From NCBI GenBank assembly GCA_963514005.1, contig OY740783.1, forward strand, positions 74,462,001 to 74,526,000: 64,000 bases of DNA, given 5' to 3'. Source of the stretch: Raja brachyura. Lineage: Eukaryota. Both the position numbers and the translations under genes were made by a program. The notes beneath the pieces were generated by a model. The model was not told where the DNA came from. It made no database searches and was given only the letters and a program-made list of their open reading frames with translations. Of the stretch, positions 12,067 through 24,072 are shown piece after piece (positions within the stretch are counted from its first letter, which is position 1; every line of letters starts with the position of its first letter).

Positions 12067-12639
12067 TTTCTACCCTTCGTATAAGTTTGTAACTTCAATC
12101 CAAAATTTGGTTTTAAATCCTGTTTCTCCTATTTCTTATGAAATGGTAGGTTATGTTCCTCAGGTTGTTTGGAATCAGTAGAAAAACATGGCATGTTTTC
12201 CTTCCTGGGATTAGTTCACCTTCTGTGCCAGCGCACATCCAAAGTCAAATTATTGATTCTGGGTGAAGCTTGGTTATGGAGCTGAGCAGAACTGGAGATG
12301 CGTTGTCCTTCCCCATTAATTCCAAATATAAGTAAAAGTTATCTTATTATTATTATAACTCTTCTTTTCTTCTATTCCCTGGAAGGATTTGTAAGGCAGG
12401 ACAATAATTTTGAAGTTAATTCACTCCTGGAGTTGGAATCCAGATAGATCAGTGACTATAGGGGAATGGAAATCATTTCACGCTGGGAAATGGCTGTGGA
12501 TGTTTGGATGAACTCAATGTTGCAATGAAGGCCGGGTGCGAAGTGGACATGTACAGCACTGGGGTGGGCAAAATTTAATGTAGCAATGGACAAATATTGT
12601 TTTTTAACAGAAAAATGAATGAAGAATGGTTGTGGATGG

Positions 12640-12915
12640 CACAGAGTAGCGTAGCTGGAGGAGATAGTACCTCACAGTGCCAGAGACCCAGATCGAATCC
12701 CGACAGTGAGTGCTGTCTGAGTTTTCATATTCTCCCTGTGACCTCATCCCAAAGACGTGCGGGTTTCTAGGTTAATCGGCCTCAGTAAAACTTGCCCCAA
12801 AATGTGTAGGGACTGGATGAGAAGGTGGGATAACATAGGGATGGTGTGAACAGGTGATCGATGGTCAGCATGGAATTAGTGGGCCAAAGAGCCTGTCCAT
12901 ACTGTATTTCTATAC
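12640..12915 (+). mobile_element. HE1/V-SINE-like SINE (internally deleted)
   Basis: tRNA-like head (ggcacagagtagcgtagctgg..cctcacagtgccagagaccca), V core and CR1-type tail. Confidence 0.75.
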
Positions 12916-14604
12916 TAATGTTATTACTGTGCAGAATTAAAGCATGTCATTACATTTGTCAATTCACACTTTACAGAGATATTGCATTGGTCTGCAGAAC
13001 TCGATGTTAAGAAAATTGACAACTAATTATCAAAATTCTGGCCGCTAATAAAATCAATGGTAAAATAAAATGTGTTGACTAACTACTGTGATTATTACAG
13101 AATGGTCCTTGTGGACCATTAGTTTGCTGATTTATTCAATAAATCTAATTAAAATCGTACGGTTCATTTAAGTAGCTAGGTAAATATTTTGACAACCAGA
13201 CCTGTTCTGCTATTACCCAAGTATTACTGCCACATATTTTGCAGTAGAAATGATAGCAAAGCTGTTATAACACTGACTAAATCTAAGGAATTTTTGTGCG
13301 TACATGGGGTTAATTGAAGTCCCTGTAACACTTCCCCAGGCTGTGTTATTTTGCAGCCATTTATAATGGATACAAAATAAATCTATTGCACTGATGTGAA
13401 CTTAAGGTATTTTCAGACACCTTGAGTATGCTATGAATTTTAGCATGAGGTCCAAGTGGATTTTTAATGGAGTGTGCCATCGTTACAGTTTAGCAAACTG
13501 ATTCTCCAAATATAATGCACGAGGATAGACATTTTTTTTTCGTTAGGCCTACCTGATTGCACAATTGAATATCAACTCATTGTTGGATAACTTTCAATTA
13601 TGCTGTCAGAACAATTATCCTATGCATTGTGAGAAGTTAAAACAATGTGAGCCAAGCCAATGTTCCTTCATCATTTTTATTTCTCACTTTCCATGGGCTG
13701 TAAAGGTCACAGAAGACATTTTCCTCAACAGTTCAAAGCACTTCCCTTTTTGACACTATACCGTCCTCCTTCAGAACCCTTTCCAATACCCTCTTGTCCT
13801 GTTAATATAGGACAAGATGGGAGAGAAAGGTGCTGTAATAAAACTGAGCATCTGTGATGAGAGAAACAGTTTTCAGCTCAATCAGCGTTCATCAAAATTA
13901 AACCTGAAATCTCATTGTGTTTCTCTCTGAGATCTGAGAAAATCAGGAATTGTGCAATGGTTCAGGCTCAAGTGTGAAAAGAGAAATAGAGTACCATTTC
14001 AGTTAACAACCTTTCATCAGAACGACAAGTTAGAAGACAAGTTGCAGAAAACTTGGTCAGGGTGGAGAGAGCAAAGGAAATGTCTGCGAAGATCAGGAAA
14101 AACTGATGATATGATCGGTGGTGGTGCCAGTTGAGAGAAAGTCATGAAGGCTCGTTGATGTCCATCTGCAGGAGGTGTAAATGAATGGAGATAAATGAGG
14201 TGCTGAGCTATAATTCGTTTCTCTTGCTGGGTTTATCCTCACAGCTGTTCAACGATGCGCAACACAGCACACAGAGTCTAAACTCTCACTGTAGTGTATA
14301 TCGAAGAGATGTCTTATGTCATAGGTGCACCACACCTGCTCATCACTGTCAGAAAAGCACCTTCAGCAAGCTAAGTGGTTGCTCAATGTCACAGGACCAG
14401 TACTGATATGGTTAGGTTGGACAAGTCCTGGGTGTCCCTTCTCATACACCAATATGATGGCATCAGCCAAGTTTGAAAGGGGCATGTTTGAGTAGACAGC
14501 TGGTTACTCTGCTCTCTAATGTGGGCACATCAGGGAGGTAAGACTAATGAAAGACTAAAGCATTGTAACTGCTTCCTAAGAGAGGTCTTCCTGGGGAGAC
14601 TTTA

Positions 14605-17600
14605 AACTAGAACAGTTGGGGGGAGGTACTTAAATAAAGAAAGCTAGTAGACAGTGTGTGAGGCAGAGAGGGAAAGCACTCAGACCCAACATGTAGGGGA
14701 GAAAGAAGAAAAAGATAATAAACAGAGAATAAGAGGTGGTGGGTTTCTTAAATGAGTATATTTTAATGCTAGGAGCACTGCAAGAAATGTGGATCAGCTT
14801 AGAGCCTGGATTGTCACCTGGAAGTATGATGTTGTGGCAATTAGTGAAACATGGTTGCAGTAGGGCTGTGATTGGAAACTAAATATTCCAGGATTTTGTT
14901 GCTTCAGGTGTGATAGAATTGGAGGGGCAAGAGGTGGAGGTGTTGCATTGCTTGTCAGGGAAGATATTACAGCAGTGCTTTGGCAGGACAGATTAGAGGG
15001 ATTGTTTAGGGAGGCTATTTGGGTGAAACTGGAAAATTGAAAAGGTGTAGCAACACTTATAGGGGTGTATTATAGACCGCCTAATGGGGAGCGAGAATTG
15101 GAAGAGCAAATATGAAAGGGGATAGCAGATATTAGTGGTAAGCACAAGGTAGTGATTGTGGGAGATTTCAATTTTCCAAACATAGACTGGGAAACACATT
15201 CTGTAAAAGGGCTGGATGGTTTGGAGTTTGTAAAATGTGTGCAGGATAGTTTTTTTGCAGCAATACATGGAGGTACCTACTAGAGAAGGGTCAGTGCTGG
15301 ACCTCCTGTTAGGAAATGAGACAGGTCAGATGGCGGAGGTATGTGTTGGGGAGCACTTCGGGTCCAGTGATCACAATACCATTAGTTTCAATATAATTAT
15401 GGCGAAGGTCAGAAATAGACCAAGGGTTGAGATTTTTGATTGGAGAAAGGCTAACTTTGAGGAGATGCAAAAGGATATAAAGGAGTGAATTGGGCTTTGT
15501 TTTATGGGAAGGATGTAGAAGAGAAATGGAGGACATTTAAAGGTGACATTGTAAGAGTACAGAATCTTTATGTCCATGTTCGGTTGAAAGGAAAGAGTAA
15601 TAATTGGAAAGAGCCATGGTTTTCAAGGAAAATCGGACACTTGGTTCGGAAAAAGAGAGATCTACAATAATTATAGGCCACATGGAGTAAATGAGGTGCT
15701 TGAGGAGTATAAAAAATGTAAAAAGAATCTTAAGAAATAAATTAGAAAAGCTAAAAGATATGAGGTTGCTTTGGCAAGTAAGGTGAAAGTAAATCCAAAG
15801 GGTTTCTACAGCTATTTAAATAGCAAAAGGATAACAAGGGATAAAATTGGTCCATTAGGGTCAGAGTGAACAGCTATCTGCAGAGCCAAAAGAGATGGGG
15901 GAGATATTGAACAATTTATTTTCTTCGGTATTCACCAAGGAGAAGGATATTGAATTATGTGAGGTAAGGGAAACAAGTAGAGTAGTTATGGAAACTATGA
16001 GGATCAAAGAAGAGGAAGTACTGACCCTTTTGAAAAATATAAAAGTGGATAAGTCTCCAGGTCCAGACAGGATATTCCCTAGGACATTGAGGGAAGTTAG
16101 TGTAGAAATAGCAGGGGCTATGACAGAAATATTTCAAATGTCATTAGAAATGGGAATGGTGCCGGAGGATTGCCGTACTGCGCATGTTGTAACATTGTTT
16201 AAAAAGGGTTCTAAGAGTAAACCTAGCAATTATAGACCTGTTAGTTTGACGTCAATGGTGAGCAAATTAATGGAAAGGATACTGAGAGATAATATATATA
16301 AGCATCTGGATAAACAGGTTCTGATTTGGAACAGTCAACATGGATTTGTGCCTGGAAGGTCAAGTTTAACTAATCTTCTTGAATTGTTTGAAGAGGTTAC
16401 TAGGGAAATTGATGAGGGTAAAGTGGTGGATGTTGTATATATGGACTTCAGTAAGGCCTTTGACAAGGTTTCACATGGAAGGTTGGTTAAGAAGGTTCAA
16501 TTGTTGGGTATTAATGGTGGAGTAGCAAGATGGATTCAACAGTAGCTGAATGGGAGATGCCAGAGAGTAATGGTGGATGGCTATTTGTCAGGTTGGAGGC
16601 CAGTGACTAGTGGGGTTCCTCAGGGATCTGTGTTGGTTCCACTGTTGTTTGTCATATACATCAATGATCTGGATGATGGTGTGGTAAATTGGATTAGTAA
16701 GTATGCAGATGATACTAAGATATGTGGTGTTGTGGATAGAAGTAGATTTTCTACGTCTACAGAGAGATTTATTCCATTTGGAAGAATGGGCTGAAAGGTG
16801 GCAGATGGAGTTTAATGCTGATAAGTGTGAGATGCTACATCTTGGCAGGACAAATCAAAACAGGACGTACATGGTAAATGGTAGCGAATTGAGGAATGCA
16901 GTTGAACAGAGGGATATAGGAATAACTGTGCATAGTTCCCTGACGGTGGAATCTCATGTAGATAGGGTGGTAAAGAAAGCTTTTGGTGTGCTGGCCTTGA
17001 TAAATCAGAGCATTGAGTATAGACTTTGGGATGTAATGTTAAAATTGTACAAGGCATTGGTGAGGCCAATTCTGGAGTATGGTGTACAATTTTGGTCGCC
17101 AAAATATAGGAAAGATGTCAACAAAATAGAGAGAGTACAGAGGAGATTTACTAGAATGTTGCCTTGGTTTCAGCACCTAAGTTACAGAGAAAGGTTGAAC
17201 AAGTTAGGTCTTTATTCTTTGGAGCACAGAAGGTTAAGGGGGACTTGATAGAGGTCTTCAAAATGATGAGAGGGATAGACAGAGTTGACGTGGATAAGCT
17301 TTTTCCATTGAGAGTATGGACGATTCAAACAAGAGGACACAATTTGAGAATTAAGGGACAGAGGTTTAGGGGGAACATGAGGGGGAACTTCTTTACTCAG
17401 AGAGTGGTAGCTGTGTGGAATGAGCTTCCAGTGGAAGTGGTAGAGGCATGTTCGATTTTATCATTTAAAAATAAATTGGATAGGTATACGGACGGGAAAG
17501 GAATGGAGTGTTATGGTCTGAATGCAGATAGATAGGACTAGGTGAGAGTAAGTGTTCGGAACAGACTCGAAGGGCTGAGATGGCCTGTTTCCGTGGTGTA

Positions 17601-17626
17601 ATTTTTATATGGTTATAAGGTTATAA
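14605..17626 (+). mobile_element. CR1/HER1-type LINE with nearly complete but disrupted ORF2 (APE endonuclease + RT)
   Basis: Endonuclease motifs (FNARS, ISETW, GDFNFP, LDLLL..SDHN) and RT motifs (KSPGPDRI, NYRPVSLTS, DFSKAFDKV, GVPQGSVL, YADDTK) in ORFs 15237-17535; several stops and frameshifts; ggttata-type tail. Confidence 0.95.
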
Positions 17627-17661
17627 GACACCTGAGGAAAGGTGTCCAAAATACCTGAACA

Positions 17662-19583
17662 CTTTGACGGAATACAAGTCTTTGATAAATATTTCTGGGT
17701 TGCCTGGCGGTGTTAGTTTGCTGACTGATCACAATCAGTGATGCCCTGAATCTTGGAAAACCAGCCAGGGAAAATACTCAAGTACAATGGCGTAAACACA
17801 GGAGAATTTCACATCAGATGGCTTTGGCAAACTGGGTATCAGCAATGTGCCTTAAAGGTAATATCCCCAGCAAACCCTTGGTAGGGTGCTGAGGCATCAA
17901 AGCTGGTCAAAAATGACCAGGACAGCCGTAGGTACCGAATGGCAGCTGGTCTTGTTTCAACAGAGTTTCATGGACATAGATCAACACAGGAATAGGCCCT
18001 TCACTCACATCTGTGCCAAAGATGATGCCAAGACCAACTCTTGTCTGCCTGCACATAATCCATATTCCTCCATTTCCTGCATATCCATATGTCTAAAGGT
18101 CTCTCAAATGCCATTATCGTATCTGCCTCCATCACCCCGCCTAGCAGCACGTTCCAGGCACTCACCACCCTCGGTGTAAAAATACTTGCCCCACACACTT
18201 GCGTTAAATTTTGCCGGTGGTCTGCACCAAACCATGAGATGGGCCGAGCTAGAGGCACTGCCACAATCTTGACACATTCATCAAGCTGGTAAACCTCTGA
18301 TTTACCTGTCACTGCTTCTCCCTTCTCATCCCTCTGTCTCCCTGCCATCCGCTGCTCTATCTCATCGCTTCAGGTCTTTAGTTGCTGGATATTTACGTCC
18401 TCAGTGGAGGTATATCCAAAGTAATCAAACTGAACAGATAGATCACATGTCGAAACAAAGAACTGCAGATGTTGGTTTGTACCAAAGATAGACACAATGT
18501 ACTGGAATACCTTAGCAGGTCAGGCAGAGAAAAAGGATAGGTGACTTTTTGGGTTGTGGCCCTTCTTAAGTCACTTCAGACTCCAGCGCTTTATCTCTGA
18601 TAGATCACATCTTCTGGATGTGAAAAGTCAACCATCAGCAAAATTCTCCACAAATATTATTTCCCAGTTATGTGTATGAACTGTCAATACTTTGTTGCTA
18701 TTTTCCTGTGATCGATTAATCCAGTCAATCAGTCTAGAATACATCCATGTTTTTGCTATTCAGCATCAGCAAGACTGTGAAACCCATGGTCGACAGGTTA
18801 AGACGATAAATTTGTCATGTTGCTTTAGCAGTCATTAACATAATTTCCAATATTCTTCTCCTGAGGGTGTTGGTTATACACAGCCCAGTATTCTGCAGTG
18901 AGACACAGTGAGTTTGATGAGGCTATACTGAGGCTATTAGTATGCAGCGTTACAAATTGTGCCCTTACTTGGATTCCAAATATGTTTGCATAGCCTCCAA
19001 TTTCCACTCATTTTTATAATTGTATTTCATTTGTCCTACTGATGATTCACAGTTCCAATCCATATCTGCCCATAAATTAAAAGTTAAACATAAGTTCACA
19101 GACACATCATTTCCATTTAACATGCTGCAATTGTATTAAATAAAAAGACAAAATGAACAAAGGCATAATCAATACCAGGGAATAATGAAGCTACCAGTAT
19201 TGTTCGCCATTTTCCCCCCATCCTCTGAATATTAATGATGAGCCATTCAATTCATTACAGTTCTTAGTGTCACCTGGTTAATTACAACGAATAACTTCCA
19301 TAAATGACAAGAGCTAAAAGTTGTATGCTGGAAATACACATATTTTCCAGCTCTGTCGTAGCTGTTGACACTTGATTCCAGGAACAGCTAAGCATCCTGT
19401 TTTAAAATCCTAATATCTGCTCCTCTGCTGATTTATTTTTATATTATCAACAACATTCTGGATTGAAGTATTTTCCCTGGCTGGTTTTCCAAAATTCAGG
19501 GCATCACTGATTGTGATCAGTCAGCAAACTAACACCGCCAGGCAACCCAGAAATATTTATCAAAGACTTGTATTCCGTCAAAG
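17662..19583. repeat. 117-bp inverted repeat pair (17662-17778 / 19467-19583)
   Basis: The arms are reverse complements with one mismatch (aatcttgg vs aattttgg); spacer 1688 bp. Confidence 0.92.
18449..18598 (-). mobile_element. Short Penelope-tail-derived insertion with 12-bp TSD
   Basis: GATAGATCACAT at 18437-18448 and 18599-18610 flanks a PLE tail with a decayed hammerhead motif. Confidence 0.8.
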
Positions 19584-19779
19584 AAGTAAGGATATGTATA
19601 AGTGCACGTCACTTCTGAAATGAATATAAACTCTCTCTCTCCCTGTTCCTTTTCTCTGATTTTATAATCTTTCTCGCTGAATATGGAAGAAAATGTAAAC
19701 CTGCTTGAATCAGGAACAACTGGTTCTGTTACCCGACATGCATACAGTCTTTTATGACTGCAAATGCTGTCACCTGGAG

Positions 19780-19960
19780 CAAAAAACAAACTGCTGGAGG
19801 AACTCAGGTCAAGCAGTATCTGTGGAATGAAAGGTAGTCGACGTTTCAGATTGAGACACTTCTTCTGGACTGAGAAAGGCTCTCAACCAGAACTATGGAC
19901 TGTCCTTTTCCATCCACGGAAGCTACTTGACCAGCTGAGTTCGTCCAGCATTTGTCTTTT
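19780..19960. mobile_element. Palindromic (head-to-head) Penelope-tail element
   Basis: tgctggaggaactcag..tcaagcag..tctgtgga at the left end and its reverse complement tccacggaagctacttgaccagctgagttcgtccagca at the right end. Confidence 0.65.
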
Positions 19961-21679
19961 ACTCTGTATATTTATGTCTATCTGAGATTTATGTCTCTGA
20001 AAATGCAAGCAGCATTTATGGAGAGAAAATTAGAAAGTTCACCTATTTGGTTGATGGCCTATCATTAGAATGGTCTAATGGGCACAGTATGTTCTTTTTG
20101 TAATACAAATGAACAGAAAATATGCTCAAAATCTGAAAAAACTGAAAATATACTGAAGATGAGTTGGCAGCATCCATAATAAAGAAAAATTGGGTGAAGG
20201 ATTACTCAACTAAAACATCACTACGTTTTGCTCTTCACATAGCTATGTTTGCAGAATTTGGAACATTTTCTAGTTTTATTTTAGTAGAAGAAAAAATGAT
20301 TTAAAGTACCTTGCAGTCATAAGATAATGGAGCTGTTTATTGTGAAATCTGCAAAATATGTGTATGGACAAGGAACAAATTAGACAGCGTATGGTTCCTG
20401 ATACAGAAGGGATATAATATCTCTGCAGTAGAAGGTAAAGTGCAATAGATGATGGGTATTCCATTAGATTGCACAGTGGCAAAACCGACGGGTGCCTAGT
20501 TCTGAATAGAGGTAGCATCAAAGTCCTAACATGCTTTGGCAAGCTATGTTTAAAACACTGTTAGCACACTACGAAACTAACACTGTACCAGTGATGTATT
20601 AGTATCAGAAATCGATAGTTGGCATAATAAGATTATAGAAAACATAACATCAAAAGTGGCAGGTTTGTTTAGTATATTAGTAAAGTAAAGGTGACAGGAG
20701 TAGAAATTGTACACCCTTTCACAGATCTGATCTGAGCTTCTGTTTTGAATTACATGGTATGGATCTCAAAATCTTTTTTTTTAAATCACATTATTGTGAA
20801 AAGGTATATCAATCATTTAACAATTAAAATTATATTTGACCTTTACCTCAGTTTTCTTATAACCATTATAGTCAAGGAGGTTTTGCAGGCAACTGGGCAA
20901 TTAATGACAAAGATAAACCTGATCCTAAATTCTGAACCTGACTCTGAGCACTTTGGCTAACTGCCAATTTTAGTTTGGTCTGCTTTTTAAAAAGAAACAG
21001 TGCTTAAGACAATACTTCATTGTCCAAGCTGTTTAATTGCATGTTTTGGAGCACAACTAAACCTCCAGAAGGACAAGAAGGCTACACCTCTACGAATAGT
21101 GTATGGTTCCATCTTGGTGAATCTTTTCTATACTCCCTTCATTTACTGCTCCAGTTAAAAATAGCCAGTTTCATTTCTACACTGCTAATGGATGGCTGAA
21201 GGACGAGCGGTTCAGTTAACTTCCCGTCACCCTCCCAAGACTAAATTATAGCTCTTCAAAAGCAGCTTACACACTATTATTTTTATACCTCAACCAGTGC
21301 TGTTGACTACAGTGAGTGACTAGCCAACCATAGAGGCTAGATATATATATAAAGGTTCTGTCATCAAATGGTTTTACTTCATAAACTTAAAATCCCAACA
21401 ATGCAGCCTCTTAATTTTTAGTTTTTGTGGTGATTACAATTTTCAGGCAGTTGATGTAAAAGTAAAAGTTAATAATAAAAATACAACAACCTCTCCTGTG
21501 CATTTCACATAGCTCAAATACAACACGTTACATTGTCATTTGGGAGTAATAAGATTAATATAAAAGATATTCTTTGTTCATCTGCCTGGATGGAAGTAGA
21601 TCACACTCCAATAGTTCCGATAACACCAAAGAAGAATATCCCAAACTTGAAACTTTTGAAATAAAAAACAAAAATCCTG

Positions 21680-21945
21680 GGAATCCACGTTCGATCCTGA
21701 CCTCGGCCGCAATCTGTGTGGAGTTTGCACGTTCTCCCTGTGACCGTGAGGGTTTCCTCCAGGTGCTCTAGTTTCCTCCCACATCCTAAAGACGTGTGGG
21801 TTTGTAGATTAATTAGCCTTTGAAAATTGCCTCTAGTGTGCAAGGAGTGGATGCAAAAGTGGGAAACATAAAACTAGTGCGAACGGGTGATCAATGGATG
21901 GCTTGGTGAGCCAAAGAGTCTGTTTCAATGCTGTACCTTTCAATT
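21680..21945 (+). mobile_element. HE1/V-SINE-like SINE
   Basis: B-box-like gttcgatcc, V core, CR1-like tail. Confidence 0.8.
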
Positions 21946-22319
21946 CATTCATCAAGGGAATAATGGCAAAACGATACCTATCATATGCAGAAGAACCATC
22001 TGGATAGGAAAACTAAGGCTTGAAAACACTAAGTAAAGTCATTGAAAGGCCTTTCTGCATTTGTTCTATTTAATTCCTGTGCGATTTGCTCAATAATAAG
22101 TTCCTGGAGATCAGTTACAAGGATACGCTCAAAGCCTCCTTCATGAAATGTGACTTCCTGAAAGATCTCACCCAAAGAGTTTATGGGAAACAAGAGTGCA
22201 TGAAATGAGTAAAAATTGTATTTTGTGTTCCTGTATTTTGAGGGGAGTGAGCACACATACCATTGACCTTGAAGAAAGTTGTACATGAGCCTTCAAAGGC
22301 ATCTGTAATTAATTATCCC

Positions 22320-23612
22320 TGGCACAAAATGCTGGTGTAAACTCAGCGGGTCAGGCAGCATCTCTGGAAAAAAGGAATAGGTGACATTTCAGGTCGAGAC
22401 ACTTCATCAGATTGAGAGTCAGGGAGGGGCAAACTAAAGGTAAGGGAAGGTACAGAATAAAGCGGAGCCTGCATCGATGACTCAGAAAAGGTGGAGCCTT
22501 TGTTGGCTTGGGATGAGTTGATAACGAAGGAATACAAACGGTGAAACTAGCAAGAAGACTCGGGTGGGTTTTCCTCTTTTGTGATGGCAGTTCAATGGGA
22601 TCCTCAGCATCCACCACAGTAATGACATCAGCGACCTGAGCACCGTATCATATTCAAAGATAGTCAGAGATCATATCAAGGTGAAAGCACAATTTTTAGC
22701 TAATATTTTATACACGTTGCAGAGTGCAAAGAAAGCACCGAGAAGAAACCCTCGCTGTCTAGTTTAGTTTTGCTTAGAGGTACAAGGCGGAAACAGGCCC
22801 TTCAGCCCACTGGTCCACATCAACCAGCGATTCCCGCACATTAAAACTATTCTACACACACAGGGACAATTTTTACATGTACCAAGCCAATTAACCTACA
22901 AACCTGTACGTCTTCGGAGTGTGGGAGGAAACCAAAGGTCTCGGAGAAACCCCACACAGGTCACGGGGAGAATGTACAAACTCCGTACAGACAGCACCCG
23001 TAGTCAGGATCGAACTCTGGTCTCCGGCGCTGCAATCGGAGAACCTGGTGAAAACCCACGCAGTCATAGGGAGAACGTATAAACTCCGTACACACGGCAC
23101 CCGTAGGCAGGATCAAACCCAGGTCCCTAGCAACTCTACCACTGCGCCACATACAGATGTAGCATTTTGACCAAGTAGAGATGGAGTCCACAATGGTCCA
23201 TTGTTGGTTGTGGAAGAGGTGATAAAGAAGGGATATATGTATGTGAACAGTGGAACTAGTAGGATGACTAGGATGGGGAAGGGACAGAAAGAGGGGGAAT
23301 GCAAGGGTGATTTGAAATTAGAGAAATCAACAGTCATACCATTGGGTTGTATGCTGCCCCTGCGAAATACGAGGTGCTGTGCTCCAAGTTGCGTGTGACT
23401 TCACCCTGGCAGTGGTGGAAATGGAGGTCAGAATGATCAGTATGGGATTCCCTTCCCATTACTATTCCCAGACTCTCAGTCTGAAGAAAGGTTTCGACCC
23501 TAAATGTCACCTATTGCTTTTCTCCAGAGATGCTGCCTGACCCGCTGAGTTACTCCAGCATTTTTGTATCTATCTTCAGTGTAAACCAGCATCTGCCTTT
23601 CCTTCCTACACA
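22320..23612. mobile_element. Penelope-like element remnant with inverted ends, interrupted by a SINE
   Basis: - strand tail 22320-22560, - strand GIY-YIG C-terminal sequence 23160-23440, + strand tail 23465-23612. Confidence 0.65.
22760..23155 (-). mobile_element. HE1/V-SINE-like SINE with duplicated head segment
   Basis: Reverse complement of the SINE; the block aaaccca..caggtca..gggagaa..aaactccgtaca..gcacccgtag occurs twice. Confidence 0.8.
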
Positions 23613-23789
23613 TCTATCGAAGGCTGGGTCGAGCTGAGCAGAACAGGGAGCGCTGAGCAGACCCACTCGCTCACTCATTGACTCTTCCCATGCCTGATTG
23701 TTCTCCAGTCACAGGGGCACTGCGATTCCCCTGCACGCACCGTTTTTGGTCACTTCTGACATGATAAATTCAGGTTATAAACAGTTAGA

Positions 23790-24072
23790 TTGATTGAAAG
23801 ATACAACATGGAAACAGATCCTCAGCCCACCTAATCCACACCGACCTTCGACATCCGTTCACACTAGTTCTATCTTATCCAACTTTTGCATCTGCTCCCT
23901 GCACAATTTACAGACGACAATTAACCTACAAACCTACACGTCTTTGGAATGTGGGAGGAGACCGGAGCACCTGGAGAAAACCCACATGGTCACAGGGAGA
24001 CAGCATCCAAATTCAAGGTTGAACACAAATTTGTGGCACTGTGAGGCAGCAGCTCTACCAAATGTGTCACCA
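23790..24072 (-). mobile_element. HE1/V-SINE-like SINE
   Basis: caattaacctacaaacct..gtctttggaatgtgggaggagaccggagcacctggag core. Confidence 0.78.

Noticed and set aside
15895-16545. 216-aa reverse transcriptase ORF as an active or domesticated gene
   Set aside because: Part of a CR1 ORF2 broken by stops and frameshifts on both sides.
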